A stretch of DNA of 64,000 nucleotides from Antedon mediterranea (taxonomy: Eukaryota > Animalia > Echinodermata), in NCBI RefSeq assembly GCF_964355755.1, contig NC_092671.1, positions 35,908,304 through 35,972,303 of the forward strand, given 5' to 3'. Positions 42,401-51,400 of the stretch are shown piece after piece. A model generated the notes under the pieces. It searched no databases, was not told where the DNA came from, and saw only the letters and a program-made list of their open reading frames with translations. Made by a program: the position numbers and the translations under genes. Position 1 is the first letter of the stretch. Each line of letters starts with the position of its first letter.

Positions 42401-45400
42401 ACAAGATCAGCATTAAGGTACAAAATCCCTGTCAAGTATTGAACCTTTAATCAACAAAACCAAAACTGCACAAACAGTGTGGTAAAACAACTCGTCAACT
42501 TTATTGTACCAGATTTGCGTAATGTGTTGTTATACCGCCACCCCCAACCGATCCATTAAACAAGCCCTCGAAAAGCCTGTGGAGAAAGTAAATACTGCAA
42601 ATGTATCTCCGCTGAGAATGGTTCAGAGCCGACAGAGAATATGATCATCTTCTTTGCGATGTTATCTCAGAAGAGACGGTAAACTGACAACAACCACCGC
42701 CAGAAAAAATTAGACAATATTTTCTAAAACGTGTCTGAAAGTGTTTAACTGCGCTGATAATCCGATTAATTATAAGGATCCCCTGAAATGATTTGACAAA
42801 CGGTAAGGTTTCCCGGATGGGTTCTGATGTATGATGCGTGATGAATTTGTGCACAAGTGTCAATCAAAATGGTCGCAACTATTTAAAAAATGGGTTGAAG
42901 AATTTTGTTTGTCTTGCTAATGGCAATCTATATCTATAAAAAAATTAATCAAATAACCTGGAACAAATTGAACGTTAAATTACAAAGTGATGTATCTGCA
43001 AAAGGTATTAGTTGAATGATCATATGACACTAGTCTTCTTACCTTTGATTCTCCTTTACTTGCACATATAAGTTGCGTTCTATCATCTGGTTGCCATTCA
43101 ACAGTCTGAAAAAAAAATGTCATTGAGTTAAACATCATGTAGACACTTTTTGTAATGTTTTTGTTTTAGTTCGTGTTGTGTCCGTTGGATATTGTGCTCC
43201 GCCAACAGAGCAAACAGAATTTCTATGTTTTTTTTTCTTAAAACAAATGACAATAAATGATACTTGACTTGACTTGAGTTTTTAATTTATTTAATTTCTG
43301 ATATTTATGTTGCTAGAACTCTATAATTAAAGCTATGTTACAGTGAGATACCCTTTTTAGTAGCAAAGATACCTTGCCCTGGGATTTGCATGAATGTAGT
43401 TTAAAACAAGACCCAGTACAATATTTTGATAAATACTTTTAAAATAAAGTTATATATTCTTGTTGTCATACATTTTAACAGATCTACTGTACTCAACGTT
43501 TGATATTACAATAATTGTTATTATTTAATAGTTGAAAAACTCAAGTACCAATGTATAATACAAATTACAACGTCGTGAGGTAATTTCCCGATTGATCATA
43601 ATCAAAACGGTACTGGGTACTTTAATGAAGTAAGCCTACCTGGTGGTAACCATAGAACGGTTCCGAGGTAACGACTACACTTCGGCTTTAGTCGATAGAA
43701 GATTGAAAACATTGTTAGAGATAGAGTATACGATGTTTGATTATGTGTAGATGTGTGCTCTGTTCTTTTATTCAAATGATGTTATTTATTTAATAGGCTA
43801 ATTTTTTATATCAATTAATTAAATTATCGTAGATTGTATATTATGCAAAAAATATTATTGAATAAATTTTTGATATATTATTATTATTATAATATTAATA
43901 AAAAGACATTTATTAGTATAAATTTTAAAAATATAGATATAAGGAAGAAAAGCAAAGAGATTATGGAGCGGCTGTACCAGAATATACAACACTAAGTATT
44001 GTAAAGTTAATATACTAAAAAATTTAGGCGATCTTGTCAATAATTGTTATTATTTAATAGTTGAAAAACTCAAGTACCAATGTATAATACAAATTACAAC
44101 CATCATACATTGTAAAAAAAACTACAGTATATTAAAGTATGAGAACAAATAAGGGTCAAAGATCAAAAAAGATAATGGACAATGGAATGAAGTCTTTTAA
44201 GAAGTTTAAGGGTTCTTGAAGAAATATCAAGTGCTTAGTCAACAATGAAAATGGTAAATACAAAAAGAACTTTCTTTATCTTTGAACTTTACATTCTTAG
44301 TTTTATAAATATATTGTTATACTATGGATGAAATTTAAAATATGGTAACTTAATAACAGGATTATTGAATATCAGTACAACACAAATTCATAAATACATA
44401 CTGTAAAATACATTATTGATAAGTTGAGAAGATTTGAACGGAGCCATTTCACCTGTGTCTATAATGTACTGTCAACTACCACCTCCTTCCCCTCATACCC
44501 GACATTTTTTACTAAATGCATCACCAGATCTTGTAATTTTCATGAATCAACTTTAATTATTGTTTTCATGAGAACATCTGATGTACTAAAATATTGTTAT
44601 ATGAATCAGCAAAAACAATCTTCTCTCAGATGCCAAATTTCAAATGCCAAATTTCAAACAGGAGAATGTGGTAGTGTATCGCTTAATATCAAACCCTTCT
44701 TTTGTAGGACCTCTCAACAAGTGCCAAAACTTGGGTTGCAGTTGGCATAGTGTTCTCTTAAGCTCTGTTTACACTATCAAACATGTGATGTGCCCATATA
44801 TGAAATGATGATGTCATATCACTACCATATTTGCGCATATCACAATGTTGGGACACTATTTTTGTCACATAAAGTTTGGTAGTGTAGACAAGCTTAAGAG
44901 AACATTATGCCAACTAGTTTGATAGTGTAGATAGAGCTTGTCGCAAGTGGAGTACTTCTCCAAGGGGCATTTAGATAGGATTACAACAGATAGAATGATC
45001 CTGAATAGGAACATATCTGGTTTCAGGTATTCTCTATTGTGATCATTGTATTGGACCGAACCTTATATTCTAAATAACAAAACAAACTGGTAAAGTCTCA
45101 TAAGGTGCCATAATAGTGTATTAAGTTGTTTTAATTGTTGTTTAATATCTTGCATACATTTTTACATAAGCCTACAATAATGCATAGTTTATAGTTTATT
45201 GCACGATTATAGTAAGCCATGTACTGTACTTCAACGATTTTAACTTCTATATGAATTTTATATAATCAATGTAAATTTATAGGCCTATATTATGTCATTT
45301 GAATGTTTAATATTGTATGTGTTGTACTGTATATATGTTTTATCATGGGCCCTAAATGATCAGTTTTATTAATAACTGGATAGGCTACCCTCAGTAAAGA

Positions 45401-48400
45401 TGTTAATAAATAAATAAATAAAAGTTTATTGTTATTGTTTATATATTAATAGGCCTACCAATGAAAATAGGAACATGAATGTACACCAACGTGTTACTGG
45501 TGTTTTTCACTTGTCATTGTTTGGATCAATTATAACTTCTTATAACTCAACAATCATATTCTATTATTTCTATATGGAAAACACATTTCACGAAAGTTAA
45601 CAATTAGTCCTATTATTACAAGTTTGGCAGTAAGCCTCAAACAAATGCAAGAAATACTAAAGATGAGGCCTAAAAGGGGATAATATAGCTATATTTTAGG
45701 GACAATATGGTGTTAGCATGATAGAACTCTAAGACGTCCCTGGGACAGCTTGGCAAGGAGCTTAATCATCCAAAAGCTTAACTTACTTTATAAGTTACAA
45801 CAGGTTCAAATATACATAAACCATTCAATTAATTTTTCCCCTTAGTAGAACCTTTCTTTATGACCGAAATATCACTTTTGAACTCATCTTTACCTTGATG
45901 CTTAGTTCTGTTTCAATAAAAATCAAAACATACCCCCTGAAACTTATCATCTTTAATTACTAATCCTCTTGATCAAAGTGAGGGTAAATTTATGGTTTTA
46001 GATGGAATTGCTCCACAGGGTTAACCATGTTATGTTTACAGGTTATTAATATCGCCTCTAGATACATACATTTATGGAATTTCTGAATGGTATTGCTGCC
46101 TGTGTCTTGTCAAAGAAATGCGACAAGACATGAGTATGTATTCAATACCAGCGGATTAAATGTTGGTATGTTTTCAGAATTATTACAAATGTTATAATAA
46201 ATTTATACAGATGTTGATATCAGAGAATGGGCATAGAATTACATTTTCATTCAAGGTTTTTCTGAGTATAGGCATCACTGTTGGTGATGCCTATAGCTAT
46301 AGATTATTCATTATCCTTCTGTGCATTATTTCAGATAAAAGTAATATAACCATGGAGTAAAGTTACTCCATGATATAACACTCAATGTTTACTATCCGTT
46401 GTTATACCCTACCAACTCCCTCGAATAAGAATGGTTGCTATACTTAATTAAGAATTATTTCAGATTTTTTAACCACTTCTTTCACAATTTTAGAAATAAT
46501 ATAGGTATGGGTTCAAGCCCTGTCATATGTCACATTTTTTTCTAATGACAATTTACAACTCCACTCCCAAAGACTTGTAATAAAACTTTGTTTATGTAGA
46601 CCATCTTGTATATGTTTGTCTTGTGAACAGGGTTGCCACCTTTAAGAAGGATAGTGAATGAATTCACTCATGGTTATCCTTGGCAAAAAAAAAATTACAT
46701 TTCTTTTTCAAACTAATAGTATAAATGCACACTCATAAAAAATAAGTTCTATCTTGTTTGCATAACAGAGGGAAGGAACCATTTTTTTTACCCCCATGAT
46801 ATCCAAAATGTCAGACATTACAATAAATAATCAGTCTATTAGTTCAAATTATCCCATAGTGTACAGTAGTCTGAATAAGCCAAATATGATCAGTTTAATA
46901 TATTCAGAAGGATTCCTCTAAACATTGAAAACAATCAAATAAAAAGGTTATCGATAAATTTCCCATAAAATCTCTCAGAGGTTCAATCTAATGTGAAGGT
47001 CAGAAAACGTGCATTCTTCAATTTTTATTATTATTAAAAGCAATTCATTATTAACATTTTACAGTCTTAACAATGAAACAATACCCTTTAATCATTTTGT
47101 TTTTCGTTCTCATAATTAAAATCATCCTTTATAATAAGAACTAGTAATATTTCACATGGAAAATATGTGGTTGCGCACTAGTAAATCCCTGGGAAAAATT
47201 TGGTGGTAAATTTCCACGATTAATTTAAAAAAATGTAAATAAGAAACTGGATTGGTATTACTGGGAGTCTTTTTGCATAGTGTACTGAGTTCTATATAGT
47301 ATATGATACATATCAACGTCTTAATGACTCATCCGAAGGACATGGACAAGAAAACATGCCAGTCCGATTATATAAGAGTCAATTATTTTGACCAAAATCA
47401 ACTTTGTATTAGAGTGTGTACAAATAGTTTGTACAAAACATATTGTCTGACAGACAATTTAAGAGTTTTTTGCTTTAAATTACATTTTTTTAAATGTAAA
47501 TTATTTTTTTTCAAACCAGTTTTTGGTCAAAGTGAATAACTATTACGTGACATTATAGTGGCATATTCAACAAAAAAACTAAATTTGTTCACGGGGACAG
47601 TATGTCTTTAATTAAAGGGTCTACTGTATCTTGAATGGTATTTAATTAAATTGTATTCTTATGCAACGATTCTTAAGTACAGGATGGATGTTATTAACTA
47701 ACTTTATCAGATGGAAATATTTAATACTGTTTGGTTCGGAAGTAGTTCACTCTGTTCGAAACACTTTTATTCATAATATTTTTTTTTAGGAATACTATTT
47801 TTTACTAAAAACAATCTTTTAATATAAATACTGTAGTTAATTTTGAAGTACAGAGATATTGTTGAGAGGTTTCAAACAAAGCATGAATCAACAAGTTTTG
47901 ATTGGTAATAAAAAAAGACTTAGAATTGGCACCATCAAACTTTGTTGGCAAAAAATTAATATCGGTTTCAAAATTACCCGTATCAAAGTCAGTCAGGTGT
48001 GTAAAGCTCCAGGTATACCCCACATTATATAATATTTACTTTCTCGAGCAGCTAAATAGGAATAATTTTGACACCTAGGGTAAATTAAATTCAAAGGCTA
48101 GCCTGGGGCGAGATAGGGATATGGATTAACTGCGGGAAGTAAAAATAAATCATTATTAATCCATGAAATGAATTCTTAGACTTTTAGCCTGCCTAAAGCG
48201 AAATCATAATACGTTTATTTCAATAACTTTTGATGTGTTGAATAACAAATTTTACATGGGTGATTTCATTTTAGGCCCAGCTTGATATATACAGCAGGAT
48301 TTTCTTTATAGTATATAGTGTTTTAATAAATTGAATTACGAATTAAATACTCCTCTCACCTGTAATTCACTAAGATCATTTTCACCCAGCCGGAATAAAT

Positions 48401-51400
48401 TATCTCTATAAAAACAAAAACATATTTAATTTAATGTACAAAGCAATGTCTTGCCAGATATATACATGATAACAATATGATAACAATATATTAAATAAAT
48501 TAAAAACTGTCTCCTGTCATTTCTCTGATGTTTAACACAAAAATAGTGGTACATCAAAAATTGTGAGATGTGAGCCTAAAAATGTGCTGAAGGAATGTAT
48601 GTCTTATCTTTTGCATTAAAATTTTTTTAATTCAGGGGCAGGGGAGGCTGCCCATTTCTTCTTCCTCTATGGAAGTTGTGGCTTGGTGGTTATGATGCTT
48701 GGCTACCAATTATTGTTATCCTTGGCAATTTGCCTAAATATATAAAAACAAATAAAAAACAAAACAAAATTTTTAATTTAGGGGGAGGGGAGGGCTGCCA
48801 TATTCCCCTTCCTCTATGGAAGGTGACATATCATTTAAGATGTTGTGTTTGGTATCTACATACCTTGCTCCTACAATAACCTGATGCCTCTTGGTGTCCA
48901 ACTGTATATTTGAGTAATCTTCTGTACCTGGCTTCTGAAAAGCATTTCCCCCATATTTTAAAAGTTCTGAAATTATAAGAATAATTTTAAGAATGTGTAT
49001 TTTGTTTTTCATAAAATATACAAAATAGTTGTAATATATCCAGCTCAATCTAGAAGAATCTAGTATAAGATATTTCAACATATGTAATAATGATAAACAA
49101 TGAACAATGATAAACTTGCATAATGTGCAGTGCCGTGGCCATGAGAATTAAAGTGGTGCGGTTGCTCCAACAAGAGGGAACAACAATCCCCCGTGCGGGC
49201 TGTCAAAGGCTTCTGCCAAAAAGTGGTCAGGTTGAAATCTCACCAACCGTACTGGTAGTTACAACTATTTGTTTTTACTGTGTAATTCATTTTATTTCGT
49301 TTGTTTATTCAATAATCTTCATTCATTCCTTTACAAAAACACTGATGTATAACAAAAAAAATATTAAATAGAAAAATGATGCAATTTCTACTTTTCACCA
49401 TATTTCATGTCAGGAATTACACAGCATTTTAATTGTTATCTTTCATAAAAGTTTGTTGTACTCGGTATCTACACCACACCATAAATGAAAGCGCATTGTC
49501 TTGCTGCCACAATTGCACAATTTGTATATAGCACTTTCAAAAGTACCAATCAAGTAAACAATACAAATGAAAGGATATGGTAAAACAATTGTTGTCTCAA
49601 TGCTGATTTTATTAACAAAATTCAGGATGTGGTTATTGTTTGCTATTATGTTCTATTAACATGACTTTGAGGGAATTACACCTAGACGACGACGACAACT
49701 ATCACATTTTGAGAAATTAGGCTATACCTAGACGCCGACAACAATCACATTTTGATTGCACATTGTATGGGTTGAACTTCTTGTTGAAGAAGAAAGGGGA
49801 GATTTGTAGGGAGAAAGGAGAGAACAAAGACTGTATATAGATAAACAAGAATTTTCAGCACATTTTACAAGTTCAGAATCTGTGACTTAAATCTAAAGCT
49901 CTGTCCACACTATCAAACTTCATGTGGGAAAAAAATGTGATGTGCCATATATGGACATGATGATGTCATATCACTACCATATTTGAGAATATCACTACCA
50001 TATTTGGGTACATCACACTTTTTTTGTCAAACTAGTTTGATAGTGTAGACAGCTCCAACTTGCAAACTCTTGTTTTAACATCATTTTATTTAAAACATTT
50101 AAAGCTCTGTCTACACTATCAGTTTCACAAAAAAAGTATGATCTGCCTATAAAGTTTGATAGTGTAGACAGAGCTTTACTATACTGTCGTACACATTATG
50201 CCATCATACATAATTGCTATTTTTTTAATTTCAATTTACAATTCTACTGATTAGTTAGCATACTTCACATATTTGTATTGTCAGTAGACTGGTTGTATTA
50301 AAAGGAATTTCTAAATAAATCAAAATACCGAATTCCTAAACGAGCGAGCACATTCATTTTGAGTAGAATGGAAGATAAATCGACAGTGATACTTTAATGT
50401 GAAGATTCTGGGGACCCAAGATATCACCACTATCGATGACAGTTTTAACTTCTTTTGTTCATTTTATTGATTAAAAGAGTATTGAATTAATCAATAAAAT
50501 GAACAAAAGAAGTTAAAACTGTCATATAAGTCTTTTAATAAATAAAATGAACAAAAGAAGTTAAAAAAACTGTCATAAAAGTCTTATAATCAATAAAATA
50601 AACAAAAGAAGTTTGAACTATCATCAATAGTTTTCATTGGCCGTATTATGATGAAGCAATATGTTAAAGTTTTATATTCAATAATAATCTATCTATAATC
50701 TATCCGTAACCGCCCATCAGCTATCTATCTACCAGCAAGTGGGTTTATGGCTTTTACCGTTTCCTGTGTACATGATAAAATCATTGTTATATAATGACAT
50801 CATACACCTGAGATTATATCTTTCCCTGTATAACCTTCTTATCTCGTCTTGTGATATCATAATTGCTATGACATCATTGAAGTGTGGTAACTCCACTCAA
50901 AGTCAGGAAAATGGTTTTATTATAGCATGGCCCTATATCATATGTCTATAGTATTGGTCCATGATTAAAGCAGGGAGTTGTAAAATACAACTCCCTGATT
51001 AAAGTGTACAGTTGTTACAATTCACAAATTGTTTGGGCGGGGACATTCAATTTTGGGTGGGGACAATCAATATTGTAGGTGTGGAGACATCACGGTGGAG
51101 TTGACTTAATATTATACTACTGGGTTGGTAGTACCCGGCTTTGATTTTTGCTCTTTTGACTTTTTTACGGTACTTTTCTATATTTATATATTTTTTGGTT
51201 TTTAAAAATGAATTATAAATATCCAATCTTATATATTTTTTTATATTGATTGCAATAAAGATGAATATGATATATAATATAAATAATTTAATTGACTATT
51301 TATTATTGAAGTATTATCTGTATTACTACTTTTAAAATAGACCAAATGTTGAATTTAAAATTAAAAGGACAGAATCCATTTCAACCTGCATTACGACTGA

